Below are positions 38,561 through 52,953 of a stretch of 64,000 bases of DNA, piece by piece. Under the pieces are notes generated by a model. It was not told the DNA's origin. It did no database searches and saw nothing but the letters and a program-made list of their open reading frames with translations. Positions within the stretch are counted from its first letter, which is position 1; every line of letters starts with the position of its first letter. The stretch is from positions 2,170,001 through 2,234,000 of the forward strand of contig NC_087436.1 in assembly GCF_036321535.1 (NCBI RefSeq), in the 5' to 3' direction. A program made the position numbers and the translations under genes. This DNA is from Camelus dromedarius (lineage: Eukaryota).

Positions 38561-41518
38561 GAGTGGAGTTTGCAACTGAAAAGAAACTTTGTGTTCAAAA
38601 CAAGCTAGGGGAAGGACGGCTTTCACACACACTTATCTCTCAGAACTGAGCATGTGGAGAGACGTTCGTTCATCTAGCACAAAGGGAACGGGATGCAGGA
38701 GAAAATTTTACTCTGGTTTCTCAGTCTGTTTCCTGTTGCCGGTTTAAAGTTCCTGCAGTTTTCACTGTAAAACCGAGTTGGAGCTTGTCCCTCCCCATAT
38801 ATATATATGGATTGGAGTATGCAACTGAAAGGAACTTTGTGTTCCCAAGAAGCTAGGTGAAGGACGGCTTTCACACACACTTATATCTCAGAACTGAGCA
38901 TGTGGAGAGACTTTCGTTCATCTAGCACAAAGGGAACGGGTTGCAGGCGAAACTTTTACTCATTTTTCTCAGTCTGTTTCCTAGTGCCGGTTTGAAGTTC
39001 CTTCAGTTTTCACTGTAAAACAGAGTTGGGGCTACTACCTCCCATTATATATATATGGAGTGGAGTTTGCAACTGAAAAGAAACTTTGTGTTACCAACAA
39101 GTTAGGTGAAGGACGGCTTTCACACTCACTTTTCTCTCAGATCTGGACAAGTGGAGAGACGTTCGTTCATCTAGCACAAAGGGAACGGGTTGCAGGAGAA
39201 ACATTTTCTCTGGTTTCTCAGTCTGTTTCCTGTTGCCTGTATAAAGTTCCTGCAGTTTTCACTGTAAAGCCGAGTTGGAGCTTATACCTCACCATATATA
39301 TGTATGGATTGGAGTTTGCAACTTAAAAGAACTTTGTGTTCCCAAGAAGCTAGGTGAAGGACGGCTTTCACACACAATTATCTCTCAGATCTGGACAAGT
39401 GGAGAGACGTTCGTTCATCTAGCACAAACGGAACGGTTTGCAGGAGAAACTTTTACTCATTTTTCTCAGTCTGTTTCCTAGTGCCGGTTTGAAGTTCCTT
39501 CAGTTTTCACTGTAAAACCGAGTTGGAGCTTGTACCTCCCCATATATATGTATGGAGTGGAGTTTGCAAGTGAAAAGAAACTATGTGTTCCCAACAAGCT
39601 AGGGGAAGGACGGCTTTCACACACACTTATCTCTCAGAACTGAGCATGTGGAGAGACGTTCGTTCATCTAGCACAAAGGGAACGGGATGCAGGAGAAAAT
39701 TTTACTCTGGTTTCTCAGTCTGTTTCCTGTTGCCGGTTTAAAGTTCCTGCAGTTTTCACTGTAAAACCGAGTTGGAGCTTGTCCCTCCCCATATATATAT
39801 ATGGATTGGAGTATGCAACTGAAAGGAACTTTGTGTTCCCAAGAAGCTAGGTGAAGGACGGCTTTCACACACACTTATATCTCAGAACTGAGCATGTGGA
39901 GAGACTTTCGTTCATCTAGCACAAAGGGAACGGGTTGCAGGCGAAACTTTTACTCATTTTTCTCAGTCTGTTTCCTAGTGCCGGTTTGAAGTTCCTTCAG
40001 TTTTCACTGTAAAACAGAGTTGGGGCTACTACCTCCCTTTATATATATATGGAGTGGAGTTTGCAACTGAAAAGAAACTTTGTGTTACCAACAAGTTAGG
40101 TGAAGGACGGCTTTCACACTCACTTTTCTCTCAGATCTGGACAAGTGGAGAGACGTTCGTTCATCTAGCACAAAGGGAACGGGTTGCAGGAGAAACATTT
40201 TCTCTGGTTTCTCAGTCTGTTTCCTGTTGCCTGTATAAAGTTCCTGCAGTTTTCACTGTAAAGCCGAGTTGGAGCTTATACCTCACCATATATATGTATG
40301 GATTGGAGTTTGCAACTTAAAAGAACTTTGTGTTCCCAAGAAGCTAGGTGAAGGACGGCTTTCACACACAATTATCTCTCAGATCTGGACAAGTGGAGAG
40401 ACGTTCGTTCATCTAGCACAAACGGAACGGTTTGCAGGAGAAACTTTTACTCATTTTTCTCAGTCTGTTTCCTAGTGCCGGTTTGAAGTTCCTTCAGTTT
40501 TCACTGTAAAACCGAGTTGGAGCTAGTACCTCCCCATATATATGTATGGAGTGGAGTTTGCAAGTGAAAAGAAACTATGTGTTCCCAACAAGCTAGGGGA
40601 AGGACGGCTTTCACACACACTTATCTCTCAGAACTGAGCATGTGGAGAGACGTTCGTTCATCTAGCACAAAGGGAATGGGAGGCAGGAGAAACTTTTACT
40701 CTGGTTTCTCAGTCTGTTTCCTAGTGCCGGTTTGAAGTTCCTGCAGTTTTCACTGTAAAACAGATTTGGGGCTACTACCTCCCCTTATATATGTATGGAG
40801 TGGAGTTTGCAACTGAAAAGAAACTTTGTGTTCCCAACAAGCTAGGGGAAGAACGGCTTTCACACACACTTATCTCTCAGGACTGAGCATGTGGAGAGAC
40901 TTTCGTTCATCTAGCACAAAGGAACGGGAGGCAGGAGAAACTTTTACTCTGGTTTCTCAGTCTGTTTCCTAGTGCCGGTTTGAAGTTCCTGCAGTTTTCA
41001 CTGTAAAACAGAGTTGGGGCTACTACCTCCCATTATATATGTATGGAGTGGAGTTTGCAACTGAAAAGAAACTTTGTGTTACCAACAAGTTAGGTGAAGG
41101 ACGGCTTTCACACTCACTTATCTCTCAGATCTGGACAAGTGGAGAGACGTTCGTTCATCTAGCACAAAGGGAACGGGTTGCAGGAGAAACATTTTCTCTG
41201 GTTTCTCAGTCTGTTTACTGTTGCCTGTATAAAGTTCCTGCAGTTTTCACTGTAAAGCCGAGTTGGAGCTTATACCTCACCATATATATGTATGGATTGG
41301 AGTTTGCAACTTAAAAGAACTTTGTGTTCCCAAGAAGCTAGGTGAAGGACGGCTTTCACACACAATTATCTCTCAGATCTGGACAAGTGGAGAGACGTTC
41401 GTTCATCTAGCACAAACGGAACGGTTTGCAGGAGAAACTTTTACTCATTTTTCTCAGTCTGTTTCCTAGTGCCGGTTTGAAGTTCCTTCAGTTTTCACTG
41501 TAAAACAGAGTTGGAGCT
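38537..41518 (+). repeat. Second, distinct 4-mer HOR (994 bp): copies at 38537 and 39531, plus a partly replaced copy at 40525
   Basis: ORF offsets 38674/39668, 39060/40054 and 39275/40269/41263 are all 994. Shared rare variants include ttaccaacaagttagg, gcctgtataa, gtaaagccg and cacaaacggaacggttt. Confidence 0.9.
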
Positions 41519-44500
41519 AGTACCTCCCCATATATATTTATGGAGTGGAGTTTGCAAGTGAAAAGAAACTATGTGTTCCCAACAAGCTAGGGGAATGACG
41601 GCTTTCACACACACTTATCTCTCAGAACTGAGCATGTGGAGAGACGTTCGTTCATCTAGCACAAAGGGAATGGGAGGCAGGAGAAACTTTTACTCTGGTT
41701 TCTCAGTCTGTTTCCTAGTGCCGGTTTGAAGTTCCTGCAGTTTTCACTGTAAAACAGATTTGGGGCTACTACCTCCCCTTATATATGTATGGAGTGGAGT
41801 TTGCAACTGAAAAGAAACTTTGTGTTCCCAACAAGCTAGGTGAAGGACGGCTTTCACACTCACTTATCTCTCAGATCTGGACAAGTGGAGAGACGTTCGT
41901 TCATCTAGCACAAATGGAACGGGTTGCAGGAGAAACATTTTCTCTGGTTTCTCAGTCTGTTTCCTGTTGCCGGTATAAAGTTCCTGCAGTTTTCACTGTA
42001 AAACCGAGTTGGAGCTTGTACCTCACCATATATATGTATGGAGTGGAGTTTGCAACTTAAAAGAACTTTGTGTTCCCAAGAAGCTAGGTGAAGGACGGCT
42101 TTCACACACACTTATCTCTCAGAACTGAGCTTGTGGAGAGACGTTAGTTCATCTAGCACAAAGGGAACGTTTTGCAGGAGAAACTTTTACTCATTTTTCT
42201 CAGTCTGTTTCCTAGTGCCTGTTTGAAGTTCCTTCAGTTTTCACTGAAAAACCGAGTTGGAGCTAGTACCTCCCCATATATATGTATGGAGTGGAGTTTG
42301 CAACTGAAAAGAAACTTTGTGTTCCCAACAACTAGGGGAAGGACGGCTTTCACACACACTTATCTCTCAGAACTGAGCATGTGGAGAGACGTTCGTTCAT
42401 CTAGCACAAAGGAACGGGAGGCAGGAGAAACTTTTACTCTGGTTTCTCAGTCTGTTTCCTAGTGCCGGTTTGAAGTTCCTGCAGTTTTCACTGTAAAACA
42501 GAGTTGGGGCTACTACCTCCCATTATATATGTATGGAGTGGAGTTTGCAACTTAAAAGAAACTTTCTGTTCCCAACAAGCTAGGTGAAGGACGGCTTTCA
42601 CACTCACTTATCTCTCAGATATGGACAAGTGGAGAGACGTTCGTTCATCTAGCACAAATGGAAAGGGTTGCAGGAGAAACATCTTCTCTGGTTTCTCAGT
42701 CTGTTTCCTGTTGCTGGTATAAAGTTCCTGCAGTTTTCACTGTAAAACCGAGTTGGAGCTTATACCTCACCATATATATGTATGGATTGGAGTTTGCAAC
42801 TTAAAAGAACTTTGTGTTCCCAAGAAGCTAGGTGAAGGAAGGCTTTCACACACAATTATCTCTCAGATCTGGACAAGTAGAGAGACGTTCTTTCATCTAG
42901 CACAAAGGGAACGGTTTGCAGGAGAAACTTTTACTCTGGTTTCTCAATCTGTTTCCTAGTGCCGGTTTGAAGTTCCTGCAGTTTTCACTGTAAAACCGAG
43001 TTGGAGCTAGTACCTACACATATATATGTATGGAGTGGAGATTGCAACTGAAAAGAAACTTTGTGTTCCCAACAAGCTAGGTGAAGGATGGCTTTCACAC
43101 ACACTTATCTCTCAGAACTGAGCATGTGGAGAGACGTTCGTTCATCTAGCACAAAGGGAACGGTTTGCAGGAGAAACTTTTACTCTGGTTTCTCAGTCTG
43201 TTTCCTAGTGCCGGTTTGAAGTTCCTTCAGTTTTCACTGTAAAACCGAGTTGGAGCTAATACCTCCCCATATATATGTATGGAGTGGAGTTTGCAACTGA
43301 AAAAAACTTTGTGTTCCCAACAAGCAAGAGGAAGGACGGATTTCACACACACTTATCTCTCAGAACTGAGCATGTGGAGAGACATTCGTTCATCTAGCAC
43401 AAAGGGAACGGGTTGCAGGAGAAAATTTTACTTTGGTTTCTCAGTCTGTTTCCTAGTGCCGGTTTGAAGCTCCTGCAGTTTTCACTTTAAAACAGAGTTG
43501 GGGCTAGTACCTCCCCATATATATGTATGGAGTGGAGTTTGCAACTGAAAAGCAACTTTGTGTTCCCAACTAGATAGTTGAAGGACGGCTTCCACACACA
43601 TTTATCTCTCAGACCTGGGCATGTGGAGAGACGTTAGTTCATCTAGCACAAACTGAACGGGTTGCAGGATAAACTTTTTCTCTGGTATCTCAGTCTGTTT
43701 CCTAGTGCCGGTTTAAAGTTCCTGCAGTTTTCTCTGTAAAACCGAGTTGGAGCTTGTACCTCACCATATATATGTATGGATTGGAGTTTGCAACTTAAAG
43801 GAACTTTGTTTTCCCAAGAAGCTAGGTGAAGGACGGATTTCACACACACTTATCTCTCAGAACTGAGCATGTGGAGAGACGTTCATTCATCTAGCACAAA
43901 GGGAACGGGTTGCAGGAGAAACTTTTACTCATTTTTCTCAGTCTTTTTCCTAGTGCCGGTTTGAAGTTCCTTCAGTTTTCACTGTAAAACAGAGTTGGGG
44001 CTACTACCTCCCCTTATATATGTATGGAGTGCAGTTTGCAACTGAAAAGAATCTTTGTGTTCCCAACAAGCTAGGTGAAGGACGGCTTTCACACTCACTT
44101 ATCTCTCAGATCTGGACAAGTGGAGAGACTTTCGTTCATCTAGCACAAATGGAACGGGTTGCAGGAGAAACATTTTCTCTGGTTTCTCAGTCTGTTTCCT
44201 GTTGCCGGTATAAAGTTCCTGCAGTTTTCACTGTAAAACCGAGTTGGAGCTTGTACCTCACCATATATATGTATGGATTGTAGTTTGCAACTTAAAAGAA
44301 CTTTGTGTTCCCAAGAAGGTAGGGGAAGGACGGCTTTCACACACACTTATCTCTCAGAACTGAGCATGTGGAGAGAAGTTCGTTCATCTAGCAAAAAGGG
44401 AACGGTTTGCAGGAGAAAATTTTACTCTGGTTTCTCAGTCTGATTCCTAGTGCCGGTTTGAAGTTCCTGCAGTTTTAACTGTAAAATAAATTTGGGCCTA

Positions 44501-47500
44501 GTAACTCCCCATATATATTTATGGAATGGAGTTTGCAACTGAAAAGAAACTTAGTGTTCCCAACAAGCTAGGTGAAGGACGGCTTTCACACACATTTATC
44601 TCTCAGAACTCAGCATGTGGAGAGACGTTCGTTCATCTAGAACAAAAGGAACGGTTTGCAGGAGAAACTTTTACTCTGGTTTCTCAGTCTGTTTCCTAGT
44701 GCCGGTTTGAAGTTCCTGCAGTTTTCACTGTAAAACCGAGTTGGAGCTAGTACCTCCCCATATATATGTATGGAGTGGAGTTTGCAACTGAAAAGAAACT
44801 TTGTGTTCCCAACAAGCTAGGGGAAGGACGGCTTTCACACACACTTATCTCTCAGGACTGAGCATGTGGAGAGACGTTCGTTCATCTAGCACAAAGGAAC
44901 GGGAGGCAGGAGAAACTTTTACTCTGGTTTCTCAGTCTGTTTCCTAGTGCCGCTTTGAAGTTCCTGCAGTTTTCACTGTAAAACAGAGTTGGGGCTACTA
45001 CCTCCCATTACATATGTATGGAGTGCAGCTTGCAACTGAAAAGAAACTTTGTGTTCCCAACAAGCTAGGTGAAGGACGGCTTTCACACTCACTTATCTCT
45101 CAGATCTGGACAAGTGGAGAGACGTTCGTTCATCTAGCACAAAGGGAACGGGTTGCAGGAGAAACATTTTCTCTGGTTTCTCAGTCTGTTTCCTGTTGCC
45201 GGTATAAAGTTCCTGCAGTTTTCACTGTAAAACCGAGTTGGAGCTTATACCTCACCATATATATGTATGGATTGGAGTTTGCAACTTAAAAGAACTTTGT
45301 GTTCCCAAGAAGCTAGGTGAAGGACGGCTTTCACACACAATTATCTCTCAGATCTGGACAAGTGGAGAGACGTTCGTTCATCTAGCACAAAGGGAACGGT
45401 TTGCAGGAGAAACTTTTACTCTGGTTTCTCAATCAGTTTCCTAGTGCTGGTTTGAAGTTCCTGCAGTTTTCACTGTAAAACCGAGTTGGAGCTAGTACCT
45501 ACACATATATATGTATGGAGTGGAGTTTGCAACTGAAAAGAAACTTTGTGTTCCCAACAAGCTAGGTGAAGGACGGCTTTAACACACACTTATCTATCAG
45601 AACTTAGCATGTGGAAAGACGTTCGTTCATCTAGCACAAAGGGAACGGGTTGCAGGAGAAACTTTTACTCTGGTTTCTCAGTCTGTTTCCTAGTGCCGGT
45701 TTGAATTTCCTGCAGTTTTCACTGTAAAACCGAGTTGGATCTAGTACCTACCCATATATATGTATGGAGTGGAGTTTGCAACTGAAAAGAAACTTTGTGT
45801 TCCCAACAAGCTAGGTGAAGGACAGCTTTCACACACACTTATCTCTCAGAACTGAGCATGTGGAGAGACGTTCGTTCATCTAGCACAAAGGGAACGGTTT
45901 GCAGGAGAAACTTTTACTCTGGTTTCTCAGTCTGTTTCCTAGTGCCGGTTTGAAGTTCCTGCAGTTTTCACTTTAAAACAAAGTTGGGGCTAGTACCTCC
46001 CCATATATATGTATGGAGTGGAGTTTGCAACTGAAAAGAAACTTTTTGTTCCCAACTAGCTAGTTGAAGGACGGCTTCCACACACACTTATCTCTCAGAA
46101 CTGGGCATGTGGAGAGACGTTCGTTCATCTAGCACAAACTGAACGGGTTGCAGGATAAACATTTTCTCTGGTTTCTCAGTCTGTTTCCTTGTGCCGGTTT
46201 AAAGTTCCTGCAGTTTTCTCTGTAAAACCGTGTTGGAGCTTGTACCTCACCATATATATATATGGATTGGAGTTTGCAACTTAAAGGAACTTTGTTTTCC
46301 CGAGAAGCAGGGTGAAGGACGGATTTCACACACACTTATCTCTCAGAACTGAGCATGTGGAGAGACTTTCGTTCATCTAGCACAAAGGGAACGGGTTGCA
46401 GGAGAAACTTTTACTCATTTTTCTCAGTCTGTTTCCTAGTGCCGGTTTGAAGTTCCTTCAGTTTTCACTGTAAATCTGAGTTGGAGCTAGTACCCCCCAT
46501 ATGTATGTATGGAGTGGAGTTTGAAACTGAAAAGAAACTTTGTGTTCCCAACAAGCTAGGGGAAGTACGGCTTTCACTCACACTTATCTCTCAGAACTGA
46601 GCATGTGGAGAGACGTTCGTTCATCTAGCAAAAAGGGAACGGTGTGCAAGAGAAAATTTTACTCTGGTTTCTCAGTCTGATTCCTAGTGCCGGTTTGAAG
46701 TTCCTGCAGTTTTTACTGTAAAACAGATTTGGGGCTAGTACCTCCCCATATATATGTATGGAATGGAGTTTGCAACTGAAAAGAAACTTAGTGTTCCCAA
46801 CAAGCTAGGTGAAGGACGGCTTTCACACACATTTATCTCTCAGAACTCAGCATGTGGAGAGACGTTCGTTCATCTAGCACAAAGGGAACGGGTTGCAGGA
46901 GAAACTTTTACTCTGGTTTCTCAGTCTGTTTCCTAGTGCCGGTTTGAAGTTCCTGCAGTTTTCACTGTAAAACCGATTTGGGGCTAGTACCTCCCCATAT
47001 AAATATTTGGAGTGGAGTTTGCAACTGAAAAGAAACTTTGTGTTCCCAACAAGCTAGGGGAAGGACGGCTTTCACACACACTTATATCTCAGGACTGAGC
47101 ATGTGGAGAGACGTTCGTTCATCTAGCACAAAGTGAACGGGAGGCAGGAGAAACTTTTACTCTGGTTTCTCAGTCTGTTTCCTAGTGCCGGTTTGAAGTT
47201 CCTGCAGTTTTCACTGTAAAACAGTGTTGGGGCTACTACCTCCCCTTATATATGTATGGATTGGAGTTTGCAACTGAAAAGAAACTTTGTGTTCCCAACA
47301 AGCTAGGTGAAGGACGACTTTCACACTCACTTATCTGTCAGATCTGGACAAGTGGATAGACGTTCGTTTATCTAGCACAAAGGGAACGGTTTGCAGGTGA
47401 AACATTTTCTCTGGTTTCTCAGTCTGTTTCCTGTTGCCGGTATAAAGTTCCTGCAGTTTTCACTGTAAAACCGGGTTGGAGCTTGTACCTCATCATATAT

Positions 47501-50500
47501 ATGTATGGATTGGAATTTGCAACTTAAAAGAAACTTTGTGTTCCCAACAAGCTAGGGGAAGGACGGCTTTCACACACACTTATCTCTCAGAACTGAGCAT
47601 GTGGAGAGACGTTCGTTCATCTAGCAAAAAGGGAACGGTGTGCAAGAGAAAATTTTACTCTGGTTTCTCAGTCTGATTCCTAGTGCCGGTTTGAAGTTCC
47701 TGCAGTTTTAACTGTAAAACAGATTTGGGGCTAGTACCTCCCCATATATATGTATGGAATGGAGTTTGCAACTGAAAAGAAACTTAGTGTTCCCAACAAG
47801 CTAGGTGAAGGACGGCTTTCACACACACTTATATCTCAGAACTGAGCATGTGGAGAGACTTTCGTTCATCTAGCACAAAGGGAACGGGTTGCAGGAGAAA
47901 CTTTTTCTCTGGTTTCTCAGTCTGATTCCTATTGCCGGTTTGAAGTTCCTGCAGTTTTCACTGTAAAACCGAGTTGGAGCAAGTACCTCCACATATATAT
48001 GTATGGATTGGAGTTTGCATGTGAAAAGAAACTTTGTGTTCCCAACAAGCTAGGTAAAGGACGGCTTTCACACACAATTATCTCTCAGAACTGAGCATGT
48101 GGAGAGACGTTCGTTCATCTAGCACAATGGGAACGGGTTGCAGGAGAAACATTTACTCTGGTTTCTCAGTCTGTTTCCTAGTGCCGGTATGAATTTCCTG
48201 CAGTTTTCACTGTAAAACAGAGTTGGAGCTAGTACCTCCCCATATATATGTATGGAGTGGAGTTTGCAACTGAAAAGAATCTTTGTGTTCCCAACAAGCT
48301 AGGTGAAGGACGGCTTTCACACACACTTATCTCTCAGAACTGAGCATGAGGAGAGACGTTCGTTCATCTAGCACAAAGGGAACGGGTTGCAGGAGAAACA
48401 TTTTCTCCGGTTTCTCAGTCTGTTTCCTGTTGCCGGTTTAAAGTTCCTGCAGTTTACACTGTAAAACCGATTTGGAGCTTGTCCCTCCCCATATATATAT
48501 ATGGATTGGTGTATGCAACTGAAAGGAAATTTGTGTTCCCAAGAAGCTAGGTGAAGGACGGCTTTCACACACACTTATATCTCAGAACTGAGCATGTGGA
48601 GAGACTTTCGTTCATTTAGCACAAAGGGAACGGGTTGCAGGAGAAACTTTTACTCTGGTTTCTCAGTCTGATTCCTATTGCCGGTTTGAAGTTCCTGCAG
48701 TTTTCACTGTAAAACCGAGTTGGAGCAAGTACCTCCACATATATATGTATGGATTGGAGTTTGCAAGTGAAAAGAAACTTTGTGTTCCCAACAAGCTAGG
48801 TAAAGGACGGCTTTCACACACAATTATCTCTCAGAACTGAGCATGTGGAGAGACGTTCGTTCATCTAGCACAAAGGGAACGGGTTGCAGGAGAAACATTT
48901 ACTCTGGTTTCTCAGTCTGTTTCCTAGTGCCGGTATGAATTTCCTGCAGTTTTCACTGTAAAACAGAGTTGGAGCTAGTACCTCCAGATATATATGTATG
49001 GAGTGGAGTTTGCAACTGAAAAAAATCTTTGTGTTCCCAACAAGCTAGGTGAAGGACGGCTTTCACACACACTTATCTCTTAGAACTGAGCATGTGGAGA
49101 GACGTTCGTTCATCTAGCACAAAGGGAACGGGTTGCAGGGGAAACTTTTACTCATTTTTCTCAGTCTGTTTCCTAGTGCCGGTTTGAAGTTCCTTCAGTT
49201 TTCACTGTAAAACCGAGTTGGAGCTAGTACCACACCATATATACGTATGGAGTGGAGTTTGCAACTGAAAAGAAACTTTGTTTTCCCAACAAGCTAGGGG
49301 AAGGACGGCTTTCACACACACTTATCTCTCAGAACTGAGCATGTGGAGAGACGTCCGTTCATCTAGCACAAAGGGAACGGGTTGCAGGAGAAAATTTTAC
49401 TCTGCTTTCTCAGTCTGTTTCCTAGTGCCGGTTTGAAGTTCCTGCAGTTTTCACTGTAAAACAGAGTTGGGGCTAGAACCTCCCCATATATATGTATGGA
49501 GTGGAGTTTGCAACTGAAAGAAACTTAGTGTTCCCAACAAGCTAGTTGAAGGACGGCTTTCACACACACTTATCTCTCAGAACTCAGCATGTGGAGAGAC
49601 GTTCGTTCTTCTAGCACAAACTGAACGGGTTGCAGGAGAAAATTTTACTCTGGTTTCTCAGTCTGTTTCCTAGTGCCGGTTTGAAGTTCCTGCAGTTTTC
49701 ACTGTAAAACCGATTTCGGGCTATTACCTCCCCATATATATGTATGGAGTGGAGTTTGCAACTGAAAAGAAGCTTTGTGTTCCCAACAAGCTTGGTGAAG
49801 GACGGCTTTCACACACACTTATCTCTCACAACTGAGCATGTGGAGAGACGTTCGTTCATTTAGCACAAAGGAACGCGTTGCAGGAGAAACTTTTACTCTG
49901 GTTTCTCAGTCTGATGCCTACTGCCGGTTTGAATTTCCTGCAGTTTTCACTGTAAAACCGAGTTGGAGCTAGTACCTCCCCATATATAAATTTGGAGGGG
50001 AGTTTGCAACTGAAAAGGAACTTTGTGTTCCCAACAAGCTAGGGGAAGGACGGCTTTCACACACACTTATCTCTCAGAACTGAGCATGTGGAGAGACATT
50101 CGTTCATCTAGCACAAAGGGAACGGGTTGCAGGAGAAAATTTTACTCTGGTTTCTCAGTCTGTTTCCTAGTGCCGGTTTGATGTTCCTGCAGTTTTAACT
50201 TTAAAACAGAGTTGGGGCTAGTACCTCCCCATATATATGTATGGAGTGGAGTTTGCAACTGAAAAGCAACTTTTGTTCCCAACTAGCTAGTTGAAGGACG
50301 GCTTCCACACACACTTATCTCTCAGACCTGGGCATGTGGAGAGACGTTCGTTCATCTAGCACAAACTGAACGGGTTGCAGGATAAACATTTTCTCTGGTT
50401 TCTCAGTCTGTTTCCTTGTGCCGGTTTAAAGTTCCTGCAGTTTTTTCTGTAAAACCGTGTTGGAGCTTGTACCTCACCATATATATATATGGATTGGAGT

Positions 50501-52953
50501 TTGCAACTTAAAGGAACTTTGTTTTCCCAAGAAGCAGGGTGAAGGACGGATTTCACACACACTTATCTCTCAGAACTGAGCATGTGGAGAGACGTTCGTT
50601 CATCTAGCACAAAGGGAACGGGTTGCAGGAGAAACTTTTACTCATTTTTCTCAGTCTGTTTCCTAGTTCCGGTTTGAAGTTCCTTCAGTTTTCACTGTAA
50701 AACTGAGTTGGAGCTAGAACCTCCCCATATATATGTATGGAGTGGAGTTTGAAACTGAAAAGAAACTTTGTGTTCCCAACAAGCTAGGGGAAGGACGGCT
50801 TTCACACACACTTATCTCTCAGAACTGAGCATATGGAGAGACGTTCGTTCATCTAGCAAAAAGGGAACGGTGTGCAAGAGAAAATTTTACTCTGGTTTCT
50901 CAGTCTGATTCCTAGTGCCGGTTTGAAGTTCCTGCAGTTTTAACTGTAAAACAGATTTGGGGCTAGTACCTCCCCATATATATGTATGGAATGGAGTTTG
51001 CAACTGAAAAGAAACTTAGTGTTCCCAACAAGCTAGGTGAAGGACGGCTTTCACACACATTTATCTCTCAGAACTCAGCATGTGGAGAGACGTTCGTTCA
51101 TCTAGCACAAAGGGAACGGGATGCAGGAGAAACTTTTACTCTGGTTTCTCAGTCTGTTTCCTAGTGCCGGTTTGAAGTTCCTGCAGTTTTCACTGTAAAA
51201 CCGATTTGGGGCTAGTACCTCCCCATATAAATGTATGGAGTGGAGTTTGCAACTGAAAAGAAACTTTGTGTTCCCAAGAAGCTAGGTGAAGGACGGCTTT
51301 CACACACACTTATATCTCAGAACTGAACATGTGGAGAGACTTTCGTTCATTTAGCACAAAGGGAACGGGTTGCAGGAGAAACTTTTACTCTGGTTTCTCA
51401 GTCTGATTCCTATTGCCGGTTTGAAGTTCCTGCAGTTTTCACTGTAAAACCGAGTTGGAGCAAGTACCTCCACATATATATGTATGGATTGGAGTTTGCA
51501 AGTGAAAAGAAACTTTGTGTTCCCAACAAGCTAGGTAAAGGACGGCTTTCACACACAATTATCTCTCAGAACTGAGCATGTGGAGAGACGTTCGTTCATC
51601 TAGCACAAAGGGAACGGGTTGCAGGAGAAACATTTACTCTGGTTTCTCAGTCTGTTTCCTAGTGCCGGTATGAATTTCCTGCAGTTTTCACTGTAAAACA
51701 GAGTTGGAGCTAGTACCTCCCCATATATATGTATGGAGTGGATTTTGCAACTGAAAAAAAACTTTGTGTTCCCAACAAGCTAGGTGAAGGACGGCTTTCA
51801 CACACACTTATCTCTTAGAACTGAGCATGTGGAGAGACGTTCGTTCATCTAGCACAAAGATAACGGGTTGCAGGAGAAAATTTTACTCTGCTTTCTCAGT
51901 CTGTTTCCTAGTGCCGGTTTGAAGTTCCTTCAGTTTTCACTGTAAAACAGAGTTGGGGCTAGAACCTCCCCATATATATGTATGGAGTGGAGTTTGCAAC
52001 TGAAAGAAACTTAGTGTTCCCAACAAGCTAGTTGAAGGACGGCTTTCACACACACTTATATCTCAGAACTCAGCATGTGGAGAGACGTTCGTTCTTCTAG
52101 CACAAACTGAACGGGTTGCAGGAGAAACTTTTACTCTGGTTTCTCAGTCTGTTTCCTAATGCCGGTTTGAAGTTCCTGCAGTTTTCACTGTAAAACCGAT
52201 TTCGGGCTATTACCTCCCCATATATATGTATGGAGTGGAGTTTGCAACTGAAAAGAAGCTTTGTGTTCCCAACAAGCTTGGTGAAGGACGGCTTTCACAC
52301 ACACTTATCTCTCACAACTGAGCATGTGGAGAGACGTTCGTTCATTTAGCACAAAGGAACGCGTTGCAGGAGAAACTTTTACTCTGGTTTCTCAGTCTGA
52401 TGCCTACTGCCGGTTTGAATTTCCTGCAGTTTTCACTGTAAAACCGAGTTGGAGCTAGTACCTCCCCATATATAAATTTGGAGGGGAGTTTGCAACTGAA
52501 AAGGAACTATGTGTTCCCAACAAGCTAGGGGAAGGACGGCTTTCACACACACTTATCTCTCAGAACTGAGCATGTGGAGAGACGTCCGTTCATCTAGCAC
52601 AAAGGGAACGGGTTGCAGGAGAAAATTTTACTCTGCTTTCTCAGTCTGTTTCCTAGTGCCGGTTTGAAGTTCCTGCAGTTTTCACTGTAAAACAGAGTTG
52701 GGGCTGGAACCTCCCCATATATATGTATGGAGTGGAGTTTGCAACTGAAAGAAACTTAGTGTTCCCAACAAGCTAGTTGAAGGACGGCTTTCACACACAC
52801 TTATCTCTCAGAACTCAGCATGTGGAGAGACGTTCGTTCTTCTAGCACAAACTGAACGGGTTGCAGGAGAAACTTTTACTCTGGTTTCTCAGTCTGTTTC
52901 CTAGTGCCGGTTTGAAGTTCCTGCAGTTTTAACTGTAAAACAGATTTGGGGCT

